Positions 27,589-35,789 of a stretch of 64,000 nt of DNA are shown here, piece by piece. The notes beneath the pieces were generated by a model, which was not told where the DNA came from, did not search any database, and saw only the letters and a program-made list of their open reading frames with translations. The stretch's first letter is position 1. Each line of letters opens with the position of its first letter. Origin of the DNA: Syntrophaceae bacterium UBA1411 (GTDB lineage: Bacteria; Desulfobacterota; Syntrophia; Syntrophales; Smithellaceae); NCBI GenBank assembly GCA_002304995.1, contig DBPV01000004.1, forward strand, positions 1,613-65,612, read 5' to 3'. The translations under genes and the position numbers were made by a program.

Positions 27589-29097
27589 TTATCTGCCGTT
27601 CTTCTTCGCGACGGGGCTTAAAGCCTCGCGGTCGCCGCCGCTCATGCCGGCGATGTACTTCACCAGCTTTTTGCGGGATTCGATATCGTACTGGGTGGTG
27701 ATGGCGATCTGCTCCATGATGGGCGAACCGCCGCCGTGGTAGTTGCCCACGTTCATGATGCCGCCGGAGGCCGAACACAGGATATCGCCCAGGAACCGCC
27801 AGAACTGCGCCTGGTCTTCCGCCGGGATGTTCGGATTGCGCTTCGTGTACTTCAAAAGCAGCTCGCCCGTTTCCGGATTGGCAAAATCCTTTTCATGGGG
27901 GAACGTCGCCGTAACACCGCCCGAAATGTCGCACAGAATTTCCGATTCATGATAAACGGCCTCGCCGGTGAGGCAGCGGCCCACGTTGGCGTAAATCGAA
28001 TGGGGAATATAGGATCCCGGACCGTAAGGCACGAACCCCAGGCCCGGTACGTAAAGCTCGGGGCGGCCCAGGTCGGAGGCCGTATAGCCGGCGGCATAGC
28101 CCAACTCGGAAGTCATGATGATTTCCGCGAGTTTGGCGCGCACGTGTTCGGTCTTGTGGATGTTGTTGACTTCCGCGGCCAGCGCGGCGATTCCCAGAAT
28201 CACGTCGCCGATGGCCGGCTTGCAGCCCGAATAGGAATGGCGGTGGAACAAGGCGAACAAAAGCGCGCAGGCCCCGCCGTGCAGGTTTTCTCCGGCCAGG
28301 AAAACCCGCTCCCAGGGAACGAAGCAGTTGTCGAAGATCAGGTAGGAATCCGTCGCGCCCATGGTGAAGCCCCGGGGATAATGCTCGCGGAGACGCGCAT
28401 TATGGATGGTCACGACCTGCTTCATGCCGTCCCAGTCGCCGGGAACGGCAAACGCCACCGCGTAGTCCTTGTCCTCCTTGCGCAGCGCCCGCGTCGGCAG
28501 CACCAGCACCTCGTCCGCAACGGAGGCTTCCGAAATGTGCAGTTTGCAGCCTTCCACCACGATCCCGTCCTTGCGGCGCTCCTTGATCCGGACATAGGCC
28601 GACGGGTTCGGCTGTTCGGCGGGGCGGAGCATCCGGTCGCCCTTCACATCGGTCTGGGCGCAGCAGCCGACCAGGTCCTCCGTCTGGAAGCGGGCGAGCC
28701 ACTTCTTGAAGTTTTCGTGATACTCTGTTGCGCCGTTGTTTTGCTTGTCCGCCTCATAGGAAACGTTGTAGATGGCGTTCGTTCCGTCGATCCCCATGCA
28801 GCGCTGGATGCAGCCGCCCACTTTCTGGCAGAGCATCCGCGTCATGTCCTGTTTTTTGTGCAGGTCGTCCGTGTTCTGGTGGACATGCGTGAAGCGGTTG
28901 ATCCGCCGGCCCGTCAGGTGGGAAATCGCCGTACAGAGATCCTGGTTTTCGGGCTTGGCGGCCTCGTCGAACGTCGTGCCGATGGTGTTGAGGCAGTCCA
29001 TCTGCAGTTCATCGGTCCGGTCGATCAGCCGGCCGTCAAAGTAAAGGTTCCGTTTCATCCTGGAGAGACCTTCAATGTATTGCTCTTTGCTTCTCAT
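27589..29097 (-). CDS. 4-hydroxybutyryl-CoA dehydratase/vinylacetyl-CoA isomerase-like [4Fe-4S] flavoenzyme (HpaB/AbfD superfamily)
   Basis: 502 aa. C96-x3-C100 (GGCIQRCMG) and H285-x6-C292 (HRHSYSGC) match the spacing of the Fe-S ligands reported for Clostridium AbfD (C99, C103, H292, C299). Confidence 0.75.
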   Translation of the reverse strand: MRSKEQYIEGLSRMKRNLYFDGRLIDRTDELQMDCLNTIGTTFDEAAKPENQDLCTAISHLTGRRINRFTHVHQNTDDLHKKQDMTRMLCQKVGGCIQRCMGIDGTNAIYNVSYEADKQNNGATEYHENFKKWLARFQTEDLVGCCAQTDVKGDRMLRPAEQPNPSAYVRIKERRKDGIVVEGCKLHISEASVADEVLVLPTRALRKEDKDYAVAFAVPGDWDGMKQVVTIHNARLREHYPRGFTMGATDSYLIFDNCFVPWERVFLAGENLHGGACALLFALFHRHSYSGCKPAIGDVILGIAALAAEVNNIHKTEHVRAKLAEIIMTSELGYAAGYTASDLGRPELYVPGLGFVPYGPGSYIPHSIYANVGRCLTGEAVYHESEILCDISGGVTATFPHEKDFANPETGELLLKYTKRNPNIPAEDQAQFWRFLGDILCSASGGIMNVGNYHGGGSPIMEQIAITTQYDIESRKKLVKYIAGMSGGDREALSPVAKKNGR

Positions 29098-29472
29098 ACC
29101 GCTTCTCCTTTCATTTAACGTCCCGGATACCGATACAATATCCTGATGGACTCGCAGCTGCGATCCTTTTTGAGGCGCTGCGGACCCGCAGCCGCCTCTC
29201 TGTCCGGCGTTTCGCGTCGCAGCGGGAGCCGGTGTTCAGTCGGTAAAGGGGAGAATTTTCCCAGGGTTTTGCATCGCCGGATTTTCCGGCCGGAAAGGGG
29301 AAAAGGGCGCGGGCGCATGCTTGCAGACAGTGGGAGCCGGTGTCGACCATGGACAAACCTTTGGGGAATGCCGGATGATTTTTCCCCGGCGGCTTTTTAC
29401 TGCGGTAAACCGGAGGTTATTTTTCAGCCTGGCCAAATCGTATTGCGTAATACTGCACACTAAACGCGTAAT

Positions 29473-29501
29473 GCATTAATCTATTCATATTTTACTGTCA
29501 A
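29473..29501 (-). promoter_or_regulatory. candidate sigma-70 promoter for the dehydratase-thiolase-SDR operon
   Basis: On the minus strand, TTGACA (29501-29496), 17 nt, ATTAAT (29478-29473), directly after the htpX terminator. It implies a 5' UTR of about 370 nt. Confidence 0.4.
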
Positions 29502-29546
29502 TGTTTTCTTTCCCGCCCGGGGACAAGACGAGGCGGCCGCCGGCCA

Positions 29547-29577
29547 TAAAAAAAGAGGGAACCCCTCGGTCCCCTCT
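29547..29577 (-). terminator. Rho-independent terminator of htpX
   Basis: Hairpin AGAGGG..ACC-cctc-GGT..CCCTCT at 29554-29577. A6-7 precedes it on the plus strand, which is a U-tract on the minus-strand transcript. Confidence 0.65.
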
Positions 29578-29614
29578 TCATCAATTCCTTAAAGCGCCGC
29601 GCATCAGGGCCGGC

Positions 29615-30505
29615 TTACGCCGCCCTGCCGGACAGGCGCTTCAGCGCCGCGATACGGTCCTCGAGCGGAGGATGGGTCATGAACAGAAGCTTCAGCCCGC
29701 CGGTCGACGGTTTGCCGCTGATGCCGAAAGCCTTCATCTGATCCGGCAGGGGTTCATGCGCGCTTCGCCCAAGGCTCTCCAGCGCGGCAATCATGTTGCC
29801 CGCGCCGGCAAGCTTGGCGCCGCCTTCGTCCGCCCGGTACTCGCGCTGGCGGCTGAACCACATGACGATGACGCTGGCCAGGATGCCGAAGACGATCTGG
29901 GCGACAATCGTGGTGATGAAAAAGCCGATGCCGTGGCCCTCTTCGTTTTTGAGCACCACGCGGTCCACAAAATAGCCGACAACCCGGGAAATGAAAATGA
30001 CGAAGGTGTTGACGACGCCCTGAATGAGGCTGAGGGTGATCATGTCGCCGTTGGCGACATGGCTGATTTCGTGGCCCAGAACCGCTTCGACTTCGTTGCG
30101 GGTCATGGTGTGCAGAAGCCCGGTGCTCACCGCGACGAGCGCGCTGTTCCTGTTCATGCCGGTGGCGAAGGCGTTTGGCGAATCCGATTCAAAAACCGCA
30201 ACTTCCGGCATGCCAATCCCGGCCATCGACGCCTGCTTCTTGACCGTGTTGACAAGCCAGATTTCCGCCTCCGACCGGGGCTGTACGATCACTTGGGCGC
30301 CGGTGCTCCACTTGGCCATCCATTTGGAAATCGCGAGCGATATGAACGAACCGCCGAAGCCGAAGATAGCGGCAAAGATGAGCAGGCTCACATAGTTGAT
30401 GCCGTTGGCGTAGAGAAACTGGTCCGCGCCGACGATCTTCACCACGATGCTCAACACCAGGATCACGGCGATGTTGGTTACAACAAACAGCAAAACTCTT
30501 TTCAT
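29615..30505 (-). CDS. htpX: zinc metalloprotease HtpX
   Basis: 296 aa. Two N-terminal TM helices, HEISH zinc motif ([12 protein letters not shown]) and C-terminal ..[12 protein letters not shown]. Confidence 0.92.
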   Translation of the reverse strand: MKRVLLFVVTNIAVILVLSIVVKIVGADQFLYANGINYVSLLIFAAIFGFGGSFISLAISKWMAKWSTGAQVIVQPRSEAEIWLVNTVKKQASMAGIGMPEVAVFESDSPNAFATGMNRNSALVAVSTGLLHTMTRNEVEAVLGHEISHVANGDMITLSLIQGVVNTFVIFISRVVGYFVDRVVLKNEEGHGIGFFITTIVAQIVFGILASVIVMWFSRQREYRADEGGAKLAGAGNMIAALESLGRSAHEPLPDQMKAFGISGKPSTGGLKLLFMTHPPLEDRIAALKRLSGRAA

Positions 30506-30590
30506 CTATTTTTCCCCTCCTCCACCTTTGTTCAAAATTCCGGCAGACGGTTTGCAATACAAACCCTTTTTCATTGTATCTTATCTTAAT

Positions 30591-30638
30591 GTCAAGCTGC
30601 AAATTGTCAAGCTGTCGTTCTTGGGCTGTCGTTCTTGG
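30591..30638. repeat. short tandem/direct repeats in the htpX upstream region
   Basis: GTCAAGCTG occurs at 30591 and 30606. The 14-nt unit GCTGTCGTTCTTGG is duplicated in perfect tandem (30611-30624 and 30625-30638). Confidence 0.8.
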
Positions 30639-30643
30639 GTCGA

Positions 30644-31510
30644 TTATTTCGTATATGTTTGAAGAGCAAGCATCGTTATTCCGCAAATGCCGATCAAAAC
30701 GCCGATCCAGCCGGCCGGTCTGATTTTTTCCCGGGAGACGAACGAAATGAACATGCCCAGCATGATCGGGGCGCTGAGCGTAATGGGAAACACAACCGCC
30801 GCCGGCATCAGTTTCAGCGCTTCCAGGGTGCAATACACGCCGACATAACTGGCAAAAGCCGCAAGGATTCCATACACCAAAGCCCGCGCTTTCAATCGTT
30901 TCCTGCGCATCGCGAAGAGAACCAGAAGCAGGATAAAACCGACGGCATAGGACATAAAGAGGTAGGCAAATGAATTGAGGTTTTGATGACTTATTAAAAG
31001 CTGCCCGATTCTGGGAAGACCGCTCAGGGCAAAAGCGCCGATGATCATGAAAAACCACAGCAGATTGCCGGGCGTCCTGTCCGCGGCAAAGGTATCGTTG
31101 GACCAGGAAACCAGCAGGATGGACGTCAGGATGCAGAGGATTCCGGCAACGGTTACGAAATTCAGCGTCGCCCCGAAAAATGCAACGCTGAAAATAACGG
31201 GAATGAGAAACGATGATCGATAAATGGCATTGGAGTAACCAAAATGACCGATCCGTACCGATTTATTGAAAACAAAAACGGCCAGCCCGCCGCCGATTCC
31301 GGCCATTGCGGAGATCGAGCATAATTCAAGAGTATAACTTGCCGTCTCCACATGATTCACCAGCGTGAAAAAATACCCCAGAACTCCGGCTGCCGCAAAC
31401 ATGACAAAGGTCAGGTCCAGGGATGACACGCCGTCTTTCGCGGAAAGCTTCGCCAGATAGGCGACGGATGTGATTCCGAGCACAACAAGGAGCAAATATA
31501 TAAAGCTCAT
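30644..31510 (-). CDS. DMT-superfamily (EamA-like) transporter
   Basis: 288 aa with about 10 predicted TM helices in two homologous halves. Visibly more AT-rich than its neighbours. Confidence 0.65.
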   Translation of the reverse strand: MSFIYLLLVVLGITSVAYLAKLSAKDGVSSLDLTFVMFAAAGVLGYFFTLVNHVETASYTLELCSISAMAGIGGGLAVFVFNKSVRIGHFGYSNAIYRSSFLIPVIFSVAFFGATLNFVTVAGILCILTSILLVSWSNDTFAADRTPGNLLWFFMIIGAFALSGLPRIGQLLISHQNLNSFAYLFMSYAVGFILLLVLFAMRRKRLKARALVYGILAAFASYVGVYCTLEALKLMPAAVVFPITLSAPIMLGMFISFVSREKIRPAGWIGVLIGICGITMLALQTYTK

Positions 31511-31718
31511 ATTCTCAACTTTTTACCGGAAGCCGGCCCTGTCTTTCATTCTTTTTCAGCCGCAAAACAAACACTTAGTTCCCGACGGCCCTGTCTGTGA
31601 TTCACCGCCGCCATATCAAAAAACGCCCGTCCGGCAAAGCCTTTTTTTCTTGACAGACGCGGCAGCGATCAGTAGGTAAAAACGTCGGCAAAAAAATTAA
31701 CGTCAAGGAGGACACGGT

Positions 31719-32999
31719 TTGATTGGTAAAAAAACCGGCTGCGCGCTGTTGATCGTTTCTTTGCTGGGCATCTTTGCCGCCCTGTACTTTTTTTCCTCCT
31801 GGCCTGCCGGCCGGCCGGGACAGGTGACTCACGAGCCGCCTTCCTTCACTTCCATCGCCGGCGCCATCGAACCGGGAGAAACCCTCTACTCGGTCTTTCA
31901 AAAACATGCCTTAAACCTTGATGACCTGTTTGCCATGAGACAGGCGGCGGCAGAGGTGCACCGTCTGAAAGAGGTCTATCCGGGTCAGCCCTACCGCTTC
32001 TCGGTTGACGCCGGGAAAAGCATCCGTTCCTTCACTTACGGCATTACGGAAAATACCTTCCTCACCATCGAACGCGGCGCCGGGGGCTTCCAGGCCCGCA
32101 AATACGAAATTCCCTACGAGTCGCGCCTTCTCACCGTCGGCGGCGATATCAACGGCAGTCTCGTCGGGGCGCTGGGCTCCGCACAGGAGGACATTGCGCT
32201 GGCCGTCGCGGTGTCGGAAATTCTGGCGTGGGACATTGATTTCAACACCGATCTCCGGGAAGGCGATTCGTTCAAGGTCATCGTGGAAGGCCTGTACCTG
32301 CAGGGAAAATTCAGGAAATACGGGAAAATCCTCGCCGTCGAATTTCTCAACGACAACAAAAAACATGTCGCTTACCGCTTTGAACAAAACGGCCGCCCGG
32401 ATTATTTCGACGCCGGCGGAAAATCGCTCAGGAAAGCCTTTCTTAAAGCGCCGCTCAGTTTCCGCAGAATCAGTTCGGCTTTTTCCCGTTCGCGCCGGCA
32501 TCCGATCTTAAAGGTGCGCCGCCCCCACCACGGCATCGACTACGTCGCCCCGCAGGGAACGCCGGTCTCGGCAACGGCCGACGGCCGGGTCACCTTTGCC
32601 GGACGCCGGGGCGGGTACGGCAAACTGGTCGTCCTCGCGCACCGCGGCGGCCTGACGACTTACTACGGCCATCTTTCACGTTTCGCCGCGGGCATCCGCG
32701 CCGGGAAAACCATCGGCCAGGGGGACCTGGTGGGATACGTCGGCGCCACCGGACTGGCAAGCGGCCCGCACCTGCACTACGAAGTGCGCCACGATGCCAG
32801 GCCGGTCAACCCGGTCCGCTTCAAAATGGCCGCGGGCGATCCCGTGCCGCAGCGGTTTCTGGCGGCGTTTCAGGCAACAGCCGCGCATCTCGACCGGACT
32901 CTGGCGCAGGCCGTCTTCTATGAGGCGCGCGATGCGAAAAACCGCGGCATCGGCGGCGCCCTGGCGCTGCAAACCGACCCGTCGCCCTTCCTGAATTAA
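31719..32999 (+). CDS. M23 family metallopeptidase (periplasmic, N-terminal anchor)
   Basis: 426 aa. TTG start 7 nt after AAGGAGG. N-terminal TM segment. HxxxD (HHGIDY) and HLHYE zinc-ligand motifs of the LytM/M23 domain. Confidence 0.88.
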   Translation: MIGKKTGCALLIVSLLGIFAALYFFSSWPAGRPGQVTHEPPSFTSIAGAIEPGETLYSVFQKHALNLDDLFAMRQAAAEVHRLKEVYPGQPYRFSVDAGKSIRSFTYGITENTFLTIERGAGGFQARKYEIPYESRLLTVGGDINGSLVGALGSAQEDIALAVAVSEILAWDIDFNTDLREGDSFKVIVEGLYLQGKFRKYGKILAVEFLNDNKKHVAYRFEQNGRPDYFDAGGKSLRKAFLKAPLSFRRISSAFSRSRRHPILKVRRPHHGIDYVAPQGTPVSATADGRVTFAGRRGGYGKLVVLAHRGGLTTYYGHLSRFAAGIRAGKTIGQGDLVGYVGATGLASGPHLHYEVRHDARPVNPVRFKMAAGDPVPQRFLAAFQATAAHLDRTLAQAVFYEARDAKNRGIGGALALQTDPSPFLN

Positions 33000-33186
33000 G
33001 GCAGCCGGCCGTCATCGGCTCCGGGCTCCGCTTTTTATTACATTGACAGAAGCGCATTATTTGCCTATAGTGACAATCAAAAGGTTTTCTCTGTGGGCCG
33101 CCCGTCATTGCGGTCCGTTCATTTTTTTTCACGTCCGTCGTCGGTAAACCCCTCTTCTTAAAAAGTCGAATGGAGGATTGATTATT

Positions 33187-33603
33187 ATGGCAGAACGTAC
33201 AATACACATCACAAAATTTGACATGGACCGCCTGCTGGAGCTCATCGACGGCCTGCGGGCCACACCCAAAGCCGTTAAAATAGACCTCGACCTTCTGGAA
33301 AAGGAGCTTTACCGCGCCACGCTGGTCGAGCCGCAGAATATACCGCGCGACGTCATCACGATGAACTCCAAAGTCAGCGTCACGGACATCGAATCCGGCG
33401 AAAAGACGACTTATACCCTTGTGTTTCCGTCCGCGGCCAACATCAGCGAAAACAAGCTGTCCATTCTGGCGCCCCTGGGTATGGCGCTTCTGGGATACCG
33501 CACGGACGACATCGTCGAATGGCGCATGCCGTCCGGCGTCCGCAAACTTCGGGTGGACGGCATCCTCTATCAGCCGGAAGCGGCCGGAGATTATCATTTA
33601 TGA
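33187..33603 (+). CDS. rnk: GreA/GreB-family regulator Rnk (nucleoside diphosphate kinase regulator-like)
   Basis: 138 aa from ATG 33187 (GGAGG lies 10 nt upstream). Short coiled-coil N-terminus plus a GreA/B C-terminal domain (..ISILAPLGMALLGYRTDDIVEW..). Confidence 0.75.
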   Translation: MAERTIHITKFDMDRLLELIDGLRATPKAVKIDLDLLEKELYRATLVEPQNIPRDVITMNSKVSVTDIESGEKTTYTLVFPSAANISENKLSILAPLGMALLGYRTDDIVEWRMPSGVRKLRVDGILYQPEAAGDYHL

Positions 33604-33654
33604 TTTGACGGACCGGTTTTTTTCGTCTATGCACTCTCGACAAGGATACATGCG

Positions 33655-34707
33655 ATGATCGAGAGATTGAAGAACAAAGCCATCCGGAAAAAGGGCATCG
33701 GACCTTCCGAAGCGCTGGAGCTGTTCATCGAAGGAACCCATTCCCCTTACCGCGTCCTTGCCGCGGCCAGTGAAATCCGCGAACACTTCAAGGGCAAGGC
33801 CATCATACTCTGCGGCATCGCCAACGCCAAATCCGGCAAATGCTCCGAAGACTGCGCCTTTTGCGCCCAGTCGTCGCGCCACGCCGCAGAAGTTCCGATC
33901 TACCCGCTCAAAAGCGCCCGGGAAATCGTCGCCGCTGCGCTTTCGGCCCGCAGGGACGGAGCGGAATTTTTCAGCATCGTCACCAGCGGCAGACGCATCG
34001 CGTCACAGAAAGAGTGGAAGGAAATCTTCAAGGCCGTCGACGGCATGAACCGCATCGGCATCCGTCCCTGCGCATCGCTGGGGATGATCGACACGATTCG
34101 GGCCCGCGAACTCAAAAACGCGGGGCTTTTCCGCTATCACCACAATCTCGAAACGGCCCGTAGTTTTTTTAAAAACATCTGCACCACCCACGACTACGAA
34201 GAAAACCTCGCCACCGTCCGCGCCGCGAAGGAGGCGGGGCTTTCGGTCTGTTCCGGCGCGCTCTTCGGCATGGGCGAAGGGATCACGCACCGCATCGAGC
34301 TGGCCGCGACACTGGCCGGACTCGGCGTCGATTCCGTTCCGGTCAATCTGCTTCATCCGATCAAGGGAACGCCGCTTGCGCACATGCCGCTTCTGCCGCC
34401 TCTGGAAGTTCTCATGACGCTGGCCGTTTACCGTTTCATGCTGCCGGACAAGGACATCAAACTGTGCGGCGGAAAGGAAAAAACCCTGCGCCAGCTCCTG
34501 CCGCTGGGCATTATCGCGGGCGCCAATTCGCTGATGACGGGCAATTACCTGACCACCACCGGCCGCGACAGCCGGCTCGACCATGAGATGATCGCCGACT
34601 TGGGACTGATCCCCACCCGCGAGCTTGATATCTGCCGCTGCGGAAGAGAAGGAGAAAACGGCTGCCCCGCCGCCGCGGCCGCAAAAGGAAAAGCACCCCG
34701 GACGTAA
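33655..34707 (+). CDS. bioB: biotin synthase (radical SAM)
   Basis: 350 aa. CSEDCAFCAQS (CxxxCxxC) motif. The ..YHHNLET.. and ..GKE.. regions are typical of BioB. Confidence 0.88.
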   Translation: MIERLKNKAIRKKGIGPSEALELFIEGTHSPYRVLAAASEIREHFKGKAIILCGIANAKSGKCSEDCAFCAQSSRHAAEVPIYPLKSAREIVAAALSARRDGAEFFSIVTSGRRIASQKEWKEIFKAVDGMNRIGIRPCASLGMIDTIRARELKNAGLFRYHHNLETARSFFKNICTTHDYEENLATVRAAKEAGLSVCSGALFGMGEGITHRIELAATLAGLGVDSVPVNLLHPIKGTPLAHMPLLPPLEVLMTLAVYRFMLPDKDIKLCGGKEKTLRQLLPLGIIAGANSLMTGNYLTTTGRDSRLDHEMIADLGLIPTRELDICRCGREGENGCPAAAAAKGKAPRT

Positions 34708-34795
34708 ATGGTTTTGAGATCCGGGAACGTCCTGCCGGAAATCTGCGCCGGCGCCGCCCTGTATCGGAAGCAGTCGCCGCCGTCGACATTTTTCA

Positions 34796-34824
34796 TTGAC
34801 AGCTCCGGGGTTCTTTCTTATACC
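34796..34824 (+). promoter_or_regulatory. sigma-70-type promoter of the acyltransferase gene, sharing a core with the promoter at 36845
   Basis: TTGACA (34796-34801), 17 nt, TATACC (34819-34824). The 14-mer ATTGACAGCTCCGG (34795-34808) is identical to 36844-36857. Confidence 0.55.
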
Positions 34825-34859
34825 TCCCGGCGCAGGAAACAACGACAAGGAGAATTCCC

Positions 34860-35726
34860 ATGGGTTTTCGCGACCGCGCCGACGGCGTTCTGCTCACCAA
34901 AATATCCGGCTTCCGCAAAATGTGGCCCTACCTCATGCCCACCCGCGGAGAATCCACGCTCTATGCCACGCAGCGGATCCGGCTCGGCAACACGCTGGCC
35001 TGGCTGGAGCGGGCAAACGCCGGGCGGGAAGAAAAGCTGACCCTGTTTCACGTTATCCTGGCGGCCAGCGTCCGCCTGTTTGCGCTTCGTCCGGACCTGA
35101 ACCGCTTTGTCGCCGGCCGGCGCATTTATCAGCGGCGCGCCATCGACATCTCCTTTGTCGTCAAGCGGGAAAAATCGGAGCGGGGCTCGGAAACCACCCT
35201 CAAGCTCACGTTTGATCCGTTCTCCACGATTGAAACCGTCGCTCGGCAGGTGGCGGCCGCCGTTTCGTCCACCCGAGAGAGCAAATCATCCCACGATGAG
35301 AGCTTCTCCAATCTTCTGACGGTCATGCCGCGGTTTCTGATCCGGTCTCTGGTCCGCTTCGGACACATCCTCGACTATTTCGGGCTTCTGCCCGCCTCCT
35401 ACATCCGCGGCGACGCCATGTTTGCCAGCGGCTTTTTATCCCATCTGGCCAGCATCAACCTGGATGCGGTCTACCATCCTCTGTTTGAATGGGGAAACGT
35501 TTCATTTTTTCTGGTGATCGGCAAAAAGAAAAAGGAGCCGGCGGTGAGCGAAGAGGGCAACCTCCGGATCGAAGAGGTCATGGACCTCGCTTTCAGCCTC
35601 GATCACCGGGTGACAACCGGAGTGCATTTTTTCAAAGGCATTGCGCTGTATGTCGATCTCCTGGAAAATCCCGCTCCCCTGATGGAGAGACCGCAAAATC
35701 TTCCCGATCCGCTGGCACAGGCCTGA
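34860..35726 (+). CDS. stand-alone 2-oxoacid-dehydrogenase E2-type (CAT-fold) acyltransferase catalytic-domain protein
   Basis: 288 aa. The C-terminal SLDHRVTTGVHFFKGIALYVDLLENP aligns with the E2 catalytic motif DHRxxDG....F......LE.P. No lipoyl or subunit-binding domains. Confidence 0.7.
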   Translation: MGFRDRADGVLLTKISGFRKMWPYLMPTRGESTLYATQRIRLGNTLAWLERANAGREEKLTLFHVILAASVRLFALRPDLNRFVAGRRIYQRRAIDISFVVKREKSERGSETTLKLTFDPFSTIETVARQVAAAVSSTRESKSSHDESFSNLLTVMPRFLIRSLVRFGHILDYFGLLPASYIRGDAMFASGFLSHLASINLDAVYHPLFEWGNVSFFLVIGKKKKEPAVSEEGNLRIEEVMDLAFSLDHRVTTGVHFFKGIALYVDLLENPAPLMERPQNLPDPLAQA

Positions 35727-35789
35727 CCGGGTACGCCGTTTCGTCCGACCCTTTTTTTCGGGCCGGCGCCGGGATGAGGCCGGGCCGTT

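Noticed and set aside
26324-27778. Full-length 484-aa version of the thiolase ORF, overlapping the upstream dehydratase gene by 190 nt.
   Set aside because: The N-terminal 89 residues are His/Arg-rich junk read from the 3' end of the AbfD-like gene in another frame. Thiolase homology and a plausible RBS begin at ATG 27511/27502.
29146-29463. 105-aa ORF (+) and several 65-80-aa ORFs in the htpX/dehydratase intergenic region.
   Set aside because: They are Arg/Ser/Gly-rich and low-complexity, have no RBS or recognisable motif, and overlap one another in several frames. The region is better explained as a structured non-coding leader or regulatory DNA.
30591-30638. The direct repeats were considered as a possible mini CRISPR array.
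   Set aside because: There are only two copies of 9-14-nt units, without spacers of CRISPR length, and no cas genes in the window. This is a simple tandem duplication.
35713-35730. TGGCAC hexamer resembling a sigma-54 -24 element.
   Set aside because: The -12 position reads TGACC rather than TTGC. It also lies inside the 3' end of the acyltransferase CDS, facing the end of a convergent gene, so there is nothing for it to drive.
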